From a bacterium (GTDB lineage: Bacteria > SAR324 > XYD2-FULL-50-16 > G965216635): 64,000 nucleotides of DNA. Every line of letters starts with the position of its first letter. Within the stretch, counting starts at the first letter, position 1. Under the pieces are notes generated by a model, which worked only from the letters and a program-made list of their open reading frames with translations, searched no databases and was not told the DNA's origin. Shown in pieces: positions 19,729-29,318 of the stretch. Location of the stretch: the NCBI GenBank assembly GCA_965216635.1, contig OZ244188.1, positions 544,001 to 608,000 of the forward strand. The letters are read 5' to 3'. A program made the position numbers and the translations under genes.

Positions 19729-20454
19729 ATGGGAACTAAATCAATTAACGCATTAACTAATCTACCTTTTGGATCCATTATAGGAGCCCCTTTGACTGCA
19801 GCTGTAGAAGCTCAAGCTTTAGCAGCTGTAGCAACGGTAGATTTTATTAAAACAGTAGGTTTTAATCCTCCTAAAGAGTCTAATAAATTAGATATTCAGG
19901 ATATGTTAGAGGAAGACTCGCATACAGAGGAACCAATCACAAAAGAAATTGGAAGTATTAGGAATGTTTCGTTTTATTATCAAAAAGAAGGAGCTGACGG
20001 AAAAGTCAAAATTGAAATGCAAGTTCCTCTTTTGTCTATTGTGCCAATTCCTGTGCTAAGAATTGAAGAAATGACTATAGATTTTGCAGTAAAAATATCC
20101 GAAGTTGATGTGAAAGTTAATAAAAAAACAACTGTTACAAATCGTAGCCATTACAGTTCAGGGAGTAGAAGTGGAGGTGGAAGTTTCTTTGGATGGGGAG
20201 CTCGTGGTTCATCATATAGTTCAAGTTATTCTTCAACAAGACACACAGATTCTGAAAAGGAGGTTTCAAAATACAAGATGGATACTGCTCTTCAAATTCA
20301 TGTTAAAGCTGTAGGTGATGAAATGCCTGCAGGTTTAAATAAAGTGTTAGGAATTTTAGAATCTAGTATAACTGAAAATCAAACTCCTCTACTTGAAGAG
20401 GGATCTAGTACATCTAGTACACCTAATAAAGCATCTTCTAAAGCAAGCGCATAA
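19729..20454 (+). CDS. DUF2589-like protein 1
   Basis: LPFGSIIGAPLTAAVEAQ, VPLLSIVPIP.LRIEE..IDF, Ser-rich segment, PAGLNKVL; RBS aaggag. Confidence 0.8.
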   Translation: MGTKSINALTNLPFGSIIGAPLTAAVEAQALAAVATVDFIKTVGFNPPKESNKLDIQDMLEEDSHTEEPITKEIGSIRNVSFYYQKEGADGKVKIEMQVPLLSIVPIPVLRIEEMTIDFAVKISEVDVKVNKKTTVTNRSHYSSGSRSGGGSFFGWGARGSSYSSSYSSTRHTDSEKEVSKYKMDTALQIHVKAVGDEMPAGLNKVLGILESSITENQTPLLEEGSSTSSTPNKASSKASA

Positions 20455-20540
20455 GGAGAGATGATGTTCTAGTTATAGTGAAAAGTATTAGATGAATACC
20501 GTAATAATTAGAACCTTGAAAAATAATTTGATAAAAAAAA

Positions 20541-21326
20541 ATGGTAACACAAGCAGTTAGAAATATAGAGGCTATGCCCTTTAGTCAAATCATAGGAGGT
20601 CCTTTATCCGCTGCCATTGAGGCGCAAGCGATGGCGGCTAGGACTACCATAAATTTTATTAAAGAGGTAGGTTTTCATCCGCCAAAAACAAGTGAAGTTG
20701 AAGACGATAAAGAGGTTCGGGATAGAGAATTAAATGAATCTAGTAAAATTGCTTTTGGAGATGTTAGATATGTTACTTTTCATTATCAAGCAGGGGGTAG
20801 TGCGACAGAGAATAACAATAGGAGTATTAGTATTCCGCTTTTATCTCTTGTCCCTATCCCTTATCTTAGAATAGAGGAAATGAACCTTGAATTTAGTGCT
20901 GCTCTTACCGATTCTGGAGAATCTTCTAGCTCAGACGATATAGAGCAAACTGGAAATTCAAACGCAAAAGTCTCTCAACCAAGTTGGAAATCTCAAAACC
21001 AGTTTGTAGGCACCTATTCTGCTAATACAAAAAACGCTCAAAAAAGTAGGTACAACAATCAGATGAATCTAAATTTTCAAATTAAAGTTGTTAGTGATGA
21101 TCTTCCTGCTGGAATGAGTAAAGTGCTTAGTCTTATGGAAGATAGTATGCACGATGGAGAAATTCAAGCGAGTGTATCTGCTCCAGAATGGGATGCGCAA
21201 AAAAAATATGTAGAAGGAAATATTGTATCTTATAAGGAAGAGCAATATTCTGCCAAGCAAAACAATGAAGGAAAAAATCCTTCTGCTGAAAATGCAACAG
21301 AGTGGCAAAAAGTTATTCATAGTTAA
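20541..21326 (+). CDS. DUF2589-like protein 2 with C-terminal CBM5/12 (ChtBD3)-like module
   Basis: PFSQIIGGPLSAAIEAQ...IPLLSLVPIPYLRIEE...PAGMSKVL; tail WDAQKKYVEGNIVSY....YSAK......P......W. Confidence 0.8.
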   Translation: MVTQAVRNIEAMPFSQIIGGPLSAAIEAQAMAARTTINFIKEVGFHPPKTSEVEDDKEVRDRELNESSKIAFGDVRYVTFHYQAGGSATENNNRSISIPLLSLVPIPYLRIEEMNLEFSAALTDSGESSSSDDIEQTGNSNAKVSQPSWKSQNQFVGTYSANTKNAQKSRYNNQMNLNFQIKVVSDDLPAGMSKVLSLMEDSMHDGEIQASVSAPEWDAQKKYVEGNIVSYKEEQYSAKQNNEGKNPSAENATEWQKVIHS

Positions 21327-21370
21327 TTTTTTGACAAATTAAAAATTTATAAAACTCAATTCTTATAAAA

Positions 21371-23677
21371 ATGAGTAATACTAAAACAAAAGAAAGCGGT
21401 TTAGATCTATCTCAAGTAGTAGGGGCAATTTTAAGAGATATAGCCAAAGCAAGAGTTACCGCAGATCGCTATTCTAAATTGATAGGTCTTGAATACAGAG
21501 AGAGCATTGGAGATACAGATAAGTTGATTTCTTTTCCAGTTCCCCGTGCTGAAATTTCTGATGTGAATGTGAAACTCAAATTTGCGATTGATGAAGTGAA
21601 AAAAGCCGAAGATTCCGAGGAAGCCAATAAATTTTTTTTTAATCAAGTAATAGAGAAATATGTTGCTATCTTAACTGATGCCTATCTGGAAGTAGCAAAA
21701 AAAGTGGTGAATTTTTCTTCACAACAATTACAATCCTATCAAACAAATATTAAAGACTCCATTGTTCAATGGATTCAAATCGCTTTCGTTTGTGAAATAT
21801 CAGAAGACCAAAAAAATCTACAAATCCAAATCAATAAAGACAAAGAATCTATAAAAGAAGAAATACAGTCAAAGACAAAAAAAGAAGAAATATTAAAAAT
21901 ATTAATAAATGATTTTAGTGCCCATCTCCAAAAAACTTCAATTTCTTTGAATAATATTTTTACAGAACTACACAAAAAAACTAATCCCACAGCAAAAGAC
22001 ATAGTTGATTTCTATAAATCTAAAAAAGGAGGGGAAGCTTTTAAAAGACTTGTAAAAACTGACAATGCGGAGTTACTTACTTCTGAATATCAGGCAAAGA
22101 TAAGAGATTTATGTAATACAGTAAAAAAAATAGCTAAAGAATTATGGTTAGAATTGGACTCTCTAAAAGCTAAATATCTTGAATATAGAAAATCAGATGG
22201 AGTAGTAAACGATTTGTGGGACGCTGCAAGCACCAAAAAATCTAGAGCTGAAAGAGATGCAGCTTTTAATAAATTTATTGCTAAGTACAACCAAAGATCC
22301 AACCTTATATCTTCTGGAAGAGTACCTAAAATTTGGAATAAAGTCACTCCGAATCCTAGAGAAAAATATAAAGATTATCCTTACTACAAGTTATATATTA
22401 ATGATATTGATATAAGATTTGATGTGGGTACTCATAAAGGATTTGGAGAATATAATGCAGAAAAAGAAAATATTAATGAGAAAATTTTACCTATATTTTT
22501 TAATGAATTGAGGAAATCTTTGCAAGTATACTTTAACCTTATAAGTAAAAAAACTTCACTAACTATTGCTTTTAATATACCAGTGTTATCTGCTGGAACT
22601 CTTTCACAAAAATGGGAAAATACTATTCTTTGGAAAGAACAAAAATTTCTAAAAATAACAAATATAAGTGCTATTGATTATGGCAATGGTATGTGGGTAG
22701 CAGTTAGAAATGGAGGAACTATTATTACAAGTAGCAATGGTATTTCTTGGACAAAAAGAATAAGCAACGCGACGCAGAATTTATACGGCATCGGTTATGG
22801 CAATAGTATGTGGGTAGCAGTTGGTGTTAATGGAACTATTATTACAAGTAGCAATGGTATTTCTTGGACAAAAAAAACAAGCAACGCGACGCAGAATTTA
22901 TACGGTATCGGTTATGGCAAAGGTATGTGGGTGGCAGTTGGGGGTAATGGACTTATTCTTACAAGTAATAATGGAGAAAATTGGAAAGAACAAACAAATC
23001 CAGCTCCAACAGCTATCTATGGACGTAAAGGTCGTATAAGAAGTATCGCTTATGGCAATGGCATGTGGGTGGCAGTTGGTGATAAAGGTTTTATTATCAA
23101 GAGTTATGATGGTATATCTTGGACCCTACAAGCAAGCAATACAAAATTAAATCTATATCACATTGCGTATGGCAATGGTATGTGGGTTGTAGTTGGTGAT
23201 CATGATACTATTGTTACAAGTAACGACAGTATATCTTGGACAAATCAAGTAAGTAATATGATTAATACAACTAAAATAATTTATGATAATGAGATGTGGT
23301 TTGTCTTTTTTAAAGAGGCTGTTTTTACAAGAAATGATGAAAATAATAGTATAAAAGATTTTATCAGTGAAATTTATAACCTAGAACAGCAATACTTTAT
23401 AGGTGATGGACAAAAAAAAAAATCTGAAGAAATTCAAAAAGCTATAGAAACAGATTCAAGTATAAAAGATACAATAGAAAAAATACCAGAAGAAAAAAGA
23501 ATTTTTAAGAAAGACGAACAGATAATGATTAAGGTAAGTTCGGATAAATTAAAAGACATTCCAGAAGAGCAGATTTCAGAAATTGCTTTTAAAACCAATA
23601 TTAAAAACTACAAATGGTTAAAAGATAGCGATTCAAATATGGCAGAAGACGCATTTAACCTAATACCAGAGGAATAA
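21371..23677 (+). CDS. Large protein: divergent DUF2589-like N-terminus, helical region and beta-propeller-like repeats
   Basis: N-terminal LSQVVGAILRDIAKAR...FPVPRAEISDVNVKLKFAI; about five 40-aa repeats of YGNGMWVAVG..G.I..S..G.SW. Confidence 0.7.
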   Translation: MSNTKTKESGLDLSQVVGAILRDIAKARVTADRYSKLIGLEYRESIGDTDKLISFPVPRAEISDVNVKLKFAIDEVKKAEDSEEANKFFFNQVIEKYVAILTDAYLEVAKKVVNFSSQQLQSYQTNIKDSIVQWIQIAFVCEISEDQKNLQIQINKDKESIKEEIQSKTKKEEILKILINDFSAHLQKTSISLNNIFTELHKKTNPTAKDIVDFYKSKKGGEAFKRLVKTDNAELLTSEYQAKIRDLCNTVKKIAKELWLELDSLKAKYLEYRKSDGVVNDLWDAASTKKSRAERDAAFNKFIAKYNQRSNLISSGRVPKIWNKVTPNPREKYKDYPYYKLYINDIDIRFDVGTHKGFGEYNAEKENINEKILPIFFNELRKSLQVYFNLISKKTSLTIAFNIPVLSAGTLSQKWENTILWKEQKFLKITNISAIDYGNGMWVAVRNGGTIITSSNGISWTKRISNATQNLYGIGYGNSMWVAVGVNGTIITSSNGISWTKKTSNATQNLYGIGYGKGMWVAVGGNGLILTSNNGENWKEQTNPAPTAIYGRKGRIRSIAYGNGMWVAVGDKGFIIKSYDGISWTLQASNTKLNLYHIAYGNGMWVVVGDHDTIVTSNDSISWTNQVSNMINTTKIIYDNEMWFVFFKEAVFTRNDENNSIKDFISEIYNLEQQYFIGDGQKKKSEEIQKAIETDSSIKDTIEKIPEEKRIFKKDEQIMIKVSSDKLKDIPEEQISEIAFKTNIKNYKWLKDSDSNMAEDAFNLIPEE

Positions 23678-23678
23678 A

Positions 23679-24338
23679 ATGACAGAAAATAGCGACAAAA
23701 AAAAATTAACGCAGTTATCGTTAGACCAATTGTTGGGCTCTACTTTAACTTCTATAATAGACGCCCAAAGGCAATCTTTGGAAGTAACTAGAGATTTTAT
23801 TGAAGAGTTTGGATTTGAGAAAAATGGAGAGAATCTGGGAAAATTAAAAACCATTACTTTTCAATACCACACTGCGAAAGGAGAAAAACAAGTGTCCATT
23901 CCTTTACTTTCTCTATTTCCTATACCTATGTTGAAAATAAAGGATGCAGAAATAGATTTTGATTTAAAAATTTCTAGTATACAAAAGACTACTATTAGTG
24001 ATTGCTGTCAAGAAGAAAAAATCAAACTCAGCGGAGCCATAGCTCCTTCCAGTCGTTTATCGCAACAAAAACTTTCAGCAGGAACGGCTCAAATTAGTGT
24101 AAAGGTGAACTTAGTAGAAGAAGATGTAACACCTGGTTTAACTAATTTTTATAATTTAATGGCAGGTGCTACAACAACAGAAAACATCCCTAAACAAAAA
24201 AATGTAGAAAATACAGGCGATGGTCCAGGAGATACCGAACCCGAAGTATACACAAAAGACAATATAGAAAATGCAGATAACAGTTTGGAAGATACTGGAG
24301 CTAGTTCAGATGCAGAAGGTCAAGGAAATACAAAGTAA
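23679..24338 (+). CDS. DUF2589-like protein 3
   Basis: LDQLLGSTLTSIIDAQ, IPLLSLFPIPMLKIKDAEIDF, TPGLTNF; acidic tail. Confidence 0.75.
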   Translation: MTENSDKKKLTQLSLDQLLGSTLTSIIDAQRQSLEVTRDFIEEFGFEKNGENLGKLKTITFQYHTAKGEKQVSIPLLSLFPIPMLKIKDAEIDFDLKISSIQKTTISDCCQEEKIKLSGAIAPSSRLSQQKLSAGTAQISVKVNLVEEDVTPGLTNFYNLMAGATTTENIPKQKNVENTGDGPGDTEPEVYTKDNIENADNSLEDTGASSDAEGQGNTK

Positions 24339-24382
24339 AACTGTGATTTTTTTAAATTCAATAACTTTAAAATTATACTAAA

Positions 24383-24865
24383 ATGTTCACAACGATTAAA
24401 AAAAAAATTTCAAAAATTTCTGCTTTTTTTAAAAGTAAGAAAAAAGTAGAAAAAGATATACCCCCTAAAGAGGCTGAAGAATCCACTTTAGACATCAAAG
24501 AAAAACAAGTTCCTTTTTTCAAAAAAATATTTTCAAAAGCTACTACTCTATTTAAAAACAAGAAAAAAGTAGAAAAAGATATACTACCTAAAGAGGCTGA
24601 AAAATCCACTTTAGACATCAAAGAAAAACAAGTTCCTTACAAAGCTCAGAGACAGCCAGGTCTGGTGTGTCCGCAGTGCCAAAATAAAATCCCTGTGAGT
24701 ATTCTAAACCTACTCCAAGATAGTGCGGTACTCTGTCCCTATTGCAATTTAGAGTTGAAAATAGATCAACAACAATCTCAAGCGTCTCTTTCTAAATTAA
24801 AAAATTTCTATTCTCAATACAAAGAAGCAGAAAAAATGTATAAAGACGCTAAAAAAGTTGGTTAA
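24383..24865 (+). CDS. Small Zn-finger protein with duplicated N-terminal segment
   Basis: CPQC...CPYC; a 39-aa unit is duplicated. Confidence 0.65.
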   Translation: MFTTIKKKISKISAFFKSKKKVEKDIPPKEAEESTLDIKEKQVPFFKKIFSKATTLFKNKKKVEKDILPKEAEKSTLDIKEKQVPYKAQRQPGLVCPQCQNKIPVSILNLLQDSAVLCPYCNLELKIDQQQSQASLSKLKNFYSQYKEAEKMYKDAKKVG

Positions 24866-24893
24866 AGATAAAAATTATATTTGAAAAAATATT

Positions 24894-27581
24894 ATGGCTA
24901 CTAAAGCAAAAAATCCTCTAGTAAACGTACCCTTTGAAAACATTATCGGAGGTCCCTTAAAGGCAGCAATAAAAGCACAAGCTTTGATGGCAGATACTAC
25001 TATTGCTTTTATTAAAGAGGTAGGTTTTTCGCAAAGTGATTCCACTTCAGAATCTGTAGAAGTGAAATGTGTTGAGTTTTTTTATGAAAAACAAACTTTA
25101 GAAGGCAAGCCAAGTAAAGAGCGTATAAAAGTTCCTATTTTAACCATAGTTCCCATTCCCTCACTTAAAATTGAAGATGTTATTATCAATTTTGGTTCTA
25201 AAATTTCAGAAATAAATCTATCTAGTGATTTTGTTTCATCAACAACTTCTGGAAAAATTTCTGCTAGTGGTAATGCTTTTTTTCTTACTGGCAGTGCGAG
25301 CATGCAAGCCTCTCTTTCTCATAGCAAAACAACAAAAAACTATCAAGCATCAAAGTATGGAGTTGATACTACTATTCATGTTCAAGTAAGAGCTACAGGT
25401 CAAGAAACTCCTATTGGATTACGCAGAGTATTAGAAATATTGACAGGAGAAACGCTAGGAGAAAGCCCCAAACAACGACAGAGTCTACAAACACCTGCTG
25501 ACTTTAATTTTGGTAGTAATACTTCTACTCAAGATAAGACAATGGATATAGGAAGTAATATATTCAACCAAGATAATGCAATGAGTAGTGGTGCTGGTGA
25601 AAATAACGGAATGGGAATGAGTAGTAATGGTGAAGACAGTAAAACACCAGCCAATGCTAATACTATAACTAATGATGATAATTCTGGCAGCCCTATGATT
25701 GCTGAAAGGCAATTTACAGGAGCAGTAACTAATAATATTTTAATTACCGATAGTGTCGGTTATAAAGGAAAAAATAATTTAGCGGATGTTCAAAAAATAG
25801 CAAAAAGACTCTATGAGCTTAATTTTTATAAACCATCAAAAGATGGTAAAAGTGATTTTGACTCTACTACTCTTACGGAAGATGAATGCCCTTCAGATTT
25901 AGGCGAAGCTATAAAAGTTTTTCAAGCCGCCACAAAACCACAGGGCACTTTTTCTGGGATTGATGGAAAGGTAGATCCAGGCTATTCCACAATTAAAAAA
26001 TTGAATTCTTATTCTGCTCCTAGCTGGGTTCATTTTCAAACAATGATTGAAAAAAAACAAATAGCAAACAAAATATATTGTGTAACAGATAGTATAAATA
26101 AAAATTGGTGCACTAGTTGGACCGCAGAATTTTTATTAAAACTTGCAGATGATTGGAAAGATTGGTTTGATGATTACAAAAATGATTATGATGATTATAA
26201 AAATGGCAAAAAAGAAGGTCCAACAGAAGAATTTGCTGATTTTCTAATAACAAAGCTAAACGAAGAAGATCTTATAAAAGTATTGTGTTTGAAAATTAAC
26301 AGTCTATCAGATCCATGTGGAGGTCCTCGCAAATCTGGAGAAGGAAAAACTATTGGTTCTACTCACCAATCAGGAATAAATATAGACTTTCGGATATTTA
26401 CAAAAGATGGGAATGCAGGAATATGGACAGAAAACAATAGGTATTTAAGAAAACTGCAAGAAAAATTTTTTAAAATTCTAAAGAAAACAGAGGCTAAAGT
26501 AAATAGTGTTACCATAAAGTGTGATTATGGAAGCAGAAAACCAGTATTTAATGATACAGAGCTAAAAAAACAAAATTTATGCAGGTCTTTAGGAGGGCAT
26601 GATAATCATGTGCATACCAAAATTATTCCTATAACGAATAATTGGTGGACTATCTCACCAGCCCAACAAACAACATCAGATTCTTCTACTACTCAAAATA
26701 CACAACAAACGCCCCAACCAAATTCACAAGAAGTTTTAGAAGATCAAAACCCAGTAAATAACGAAATCAAATCACAAAATAATGTAGATACACAGAATAA
26801 ACAAAAATCAGAAAACTATTACAAAACAATCCAATTAGCACTAACGGGATTTGGTGCTGGAGTGCCTGATGGCATTGATGGACAAAAAACTCAATCTGCT
26901 ATATCTCTTTTCAAAAAAAAGATAGTCAATAACAATACTAATTCTAGTATTGAAAGTAGCATAATAAAATTTCTAAAAGATAATATACCCAGCAAGTTTA
27001 GTAGATCTAGTATAAACGACTATCATTGTCCCTGTGATAAATGTAGAGGATTTGGTAATGGGCAATATAAAGAAGAATATAGGGATAATAATAAAATTGA
27101 AGCATATCATAAATATGAGTACCCAGGTATCCATATCGCAACATTTTGTGCTGTAGCTTATATTAACTACTATGTTAAGACAAAATTTAAGACTACTGAT
27201 AATATGGTTATAACATCAGGATACAGATGCCATGAGGATAATAAAAAAAAAGGAAGAAGTAGTACTAATCATATGGGTAAAGCAATTGACGCAACAATTC
27301 CAGGTGCTCCTGCTCGTGATCAAAAATCTAGTGCTGAATTTTATCATAATATTCAACTTTCACTTGTTAAGAGCTCTCCAGCTGCTTTCCAAATTAGATG
27401 GACAAATCCAAATCAAGTAAGCTTTGAACCAGCTAAAAAAGTTAAAGTAACGGAGTTTATAGCTGAAACATGGCTACACACTGATGTAAGAAATTATGCA
27501 AAGAAATATTTAGCCGATTCTTATTTTTGTAAAGGCAAAGAATCGGTAATCAAATATTTTAAAGATAATTTTAGTACATAA
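24894..27581 (+). CDS. DUF2589-like domain fused to PG-binding and two LAS/M15-type metallopeptidase domains
   Basis: PFENIIGGPLKAAIKAQ N-terminus; DGKVDPG..T; THQSGINID...HDNHVH; PDGIDGQKTQSAI; ITSGYRC...NHMGKAID...WLHTDVR. Confidence 0.75.
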   Translation: MATKAKNPLVNVPFENIIGGPLKAAIKAQALMADTTIAFIKEVGFSQSDSTSESVEVKCVEFFYEKQTLEGKPSKERIKVPILTIVPIPSLKIEDVIINFGSKISEINLSSDFVSSTTSGKISASGNAFFLTGSASMQASLSHSKTTKNYQASKYGVDTTIHVQVRATGQETPIGLRRVLEILTGETLGESPKQRQSLQTPADFNFGSNTSTQDKTMDIGSNIFNQDNAMSSGAGENNGMGMSSNGEDSKTPANANTITNDDNSGSPMIAERQFTGAVTNNILITDSVGYKGKNNLADVQKIAKRLYELNFYKPSKDGKSDFDSTTLTEDECPSDLGEAIKVFQAATKPQGTFSGIDGKVDPGYSTIKKLNSYSAPSWVHFQTMIEKKQIANKIYCVTDSINKNWCTSWTAEFLLKLADDWKDWFDDYKNDYDDYKNGKKEGPTEEFADFLITKLNEEDLIKVLCLKINSLSDPCGGPRKSGEGKTIGSTHQSGINIDFRIFTKDGNAGIWTENNRYLRKLQEKFFKILKKTEAKVNSVTIKCDYGSRKPVFNDTELKKQNLCRSLGGHDNHVHTKIIPITNNWWTISPAQQTTSDSSTTQNTQQTPQPNSQEVLEDQNPVNNEIKSQNNVDTQNKQKSENYYKTIQLALTGFGAGVPDGIDGQKTQSAISLFKKKIVNNNTNSSIESSIIKFLKDNIPSKFSRSSINDYHCPCDKCRGFGNGQYKEEYRDNNKIEAYHKYEYPGIHIATFCAVAYINYYVKTKFKTTDNMVITSGYRCHEDNKKKGRSSTNHMGKAIDATIPGAPARDQKSSAEFYHNIQLSLVKSSPAAFQIRWTNPNQVSFEPAKKVKVTEFIAETWLHTDVRNYAKKYLADSYFCKGKESVIKYFKDNFST

Positions 27582-27647
27582 CAAAAATACAGAGAAACAT
27601 ATTTTATGAGAACCTGTAAAAGTTCCCCCCTCCCCCAAACCTCAAAG

Positions 27648-27783
27648 CTAAAGGCAAACTGATAGCAAAACGATAAAACAAACTTGCATCTACAGTAGCT
27701 CCAGCAGCAAAAGCTAGCTTAGCAAACACTCCTTTCATAGATAGAAGAAAGCTAGCAAAAATAACAAAAAAAATCGGCATAAT
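27648..27783 (-). pseudogene. Right 136-bp direct repeat of island; truncated copy of the EamA 5' end
   Basis: Encodes the same MPIFFVIF...ISLPL as 14808-15704, then diverges and stops at 27604. Confidence 0.92.
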
Positions 27784-27906
27784 TTTTTTAAAAAAGATTA
27801 TTGTTGTATAAATCAAAATTGTATGTTAGAGCTAAAAAAAATCTATTTTTGAATTTGATCTTTGAACTAGAATTTCTAATTCAAAAGGTCTCAAATTTTT
27901 TTAATT

Positions 27907-29019
27907 ATGGCTGTAGAAAACTCTATTTTAAAAACTCCTCTTTTTCCTCTGCACGAAAGATTCGGAGGCAAAATCATTCCTTTTGCTGGTTATTCGCTTC
28001 CCGTTCAGTATGCTGGTGGAGGTCTTCTTGCTGAGCATTTGCACACTAGAAAATCGGTTTCTCTTTTTGATGTTTCCCACATGGGTCAAGTATCTCTTCA
28101 AGGAGATGGCACAGCAGAAGCTTTATCCACAGTGATGCCTATTGATGTTACTACTCTGGTTGCTGGAAATTCTAAATACACAATGATCACTAACGAAGCA
28201 GGCGGCATAATAGACGATTGTATTGTTTCCAACGATGGAGCTCAAATATTTATTGTTTTTAATGCTAGTCGTAAGGAAGTAGATTTACAGCTTCTTCGCT
28301 CCGTTATTCCCCGTAGTTGCGAAATAAAAATCCACTCTAAAACCGCTCTTGTAGCTTTACAGGGGCCCAAAGCAGTAGTGTTATTGGCAGAATTTTTTCC
28401 CGATATTAAGAATCTTAAATTTATGCAAGCAGGTTTTTTAAAATATAAGGGTAAAAATTTTCGGGTGAGCCATACAGGTTATACGGGTGAAGATGGGTTT
28501 GAAATTTCTATACCCGAAGAAATAGCGGTAGATTTTTGTGATGAATTGTTTAGCTATGGAAAAGGTGAAGTGGTTAAGCCAGCGGGTTTGGGAGCGAGAG
28601 ATTCTTTGCGACTAGAGGCGGGACTTTGCCTTTACGGTCAAGAATTAGACGAAGAAACTACTCCGATTGAAGCGGGCTTGCTATGGACTATTCCCAAAAA
28701 AAGAAGAGAGAGCGGAGGTTTTGCAGGAGATAAAAAAATTATTCAGCAAATCAAAGAAGGCGTTTCTAAAAGATTGGTTGGTTTGCTGCCCGATGGAAAA
28801 ATACCAGTCCGCAAAGATGCTCCTTTGAATTCTTTTTCTGGAGAATCTATTGGGGTAGTTACCAGTGGAGTTTTTTCTCCTTCTTTATCTGTTCCGATCG
28901 CGATGGGATATGTGCAAAGAGAATTTGCACAGCAAGGAAATAAGATTGTAGCAGAGGTGCGAGGAAAAAAAATCATTTGTGAGATAACATCTTTGCCTTT
29001 TATTAAAAAATCATACTAA
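27907..29019 (+). CDS. gcvT: Glycine cleavage system aminomethyltransferase T
   Basis: LFDVSHMG, GGIIDD, TGYTGEDGFEI and GLGARDSLRLEAG. Confidence 0.97.
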   Translation: MAVENSILKTPLFPLHERFGGKIIPFAGYSLPVQYAGGGLLAEHLHTRKSVSLFDVSHMGQVSLQGDGTAEALSTVMPIDVTTLVAGNSKYTMITNEAGGIIDDCIVSNDGAQIFIVFNASRKEVDLQLLRSVIPRSCEIKIHSKTALVALQGPKAVVLLAEFFPDIKNLKFMQAGFLKYKGKNFRVSHTGYTGEDGFEISIPEEIAVDFCDELFSYGKGEVVKPAGLGARDSLRLEAGLCLYGQELDEETTPIEAGLLWTIPKKRRESGGFAGDKKIIQQIKEGVSKRLVGLLPDGKIPVRKDAPLNSFSGESIGVVTSGVFSPSLSVPIAMGYVQREFAQQGNKIVAEVRGKKIICEITSLPFIKKSY

Positions 29020-29021
29020 AA

Positions 29022-29307
29022 TAGACTTTTGAATTTGCGCTGATGCTTACCCCACTATTGGGGCTAGCCAAATGGTTAGAACAGGTGCGAAAAAAATTTT
29101 TAGCTCGCAGGAATACTCAAATATTTCAAGGGACAAATTTTTTTTTTAACAGCGTAGTGCCACAATAATGGAACCAGGGCACTACAAAACTTAACGTTCA
29201 GCAAGAGTGAAATGTGAAACAGCCAGCGGCTGTTTCACAAATAGCCTGTCTGAAATTTTAAGCAATAAGCTTGTTTTGGCTAAACAGAATGCAAATTCAA
29301 AAATCTA
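29022..29307. mobile_element. RPE/MITE-like palindromic element between gcvT and gcvH
   Basis: tagacttttgaatttgc...gcaaattcaaaaatcta. Confidence 0.8.
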
Positions 29308-29318
29308 TAAAATTAAAT

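Noticed and set aside
29271..29318. Longer GcvH start (likewise 33448 for the ATPase and 16771 for the IS fragment)
   Set aside because: These upstream starts fall inside MITE copies; the downstream ATGs fit better.
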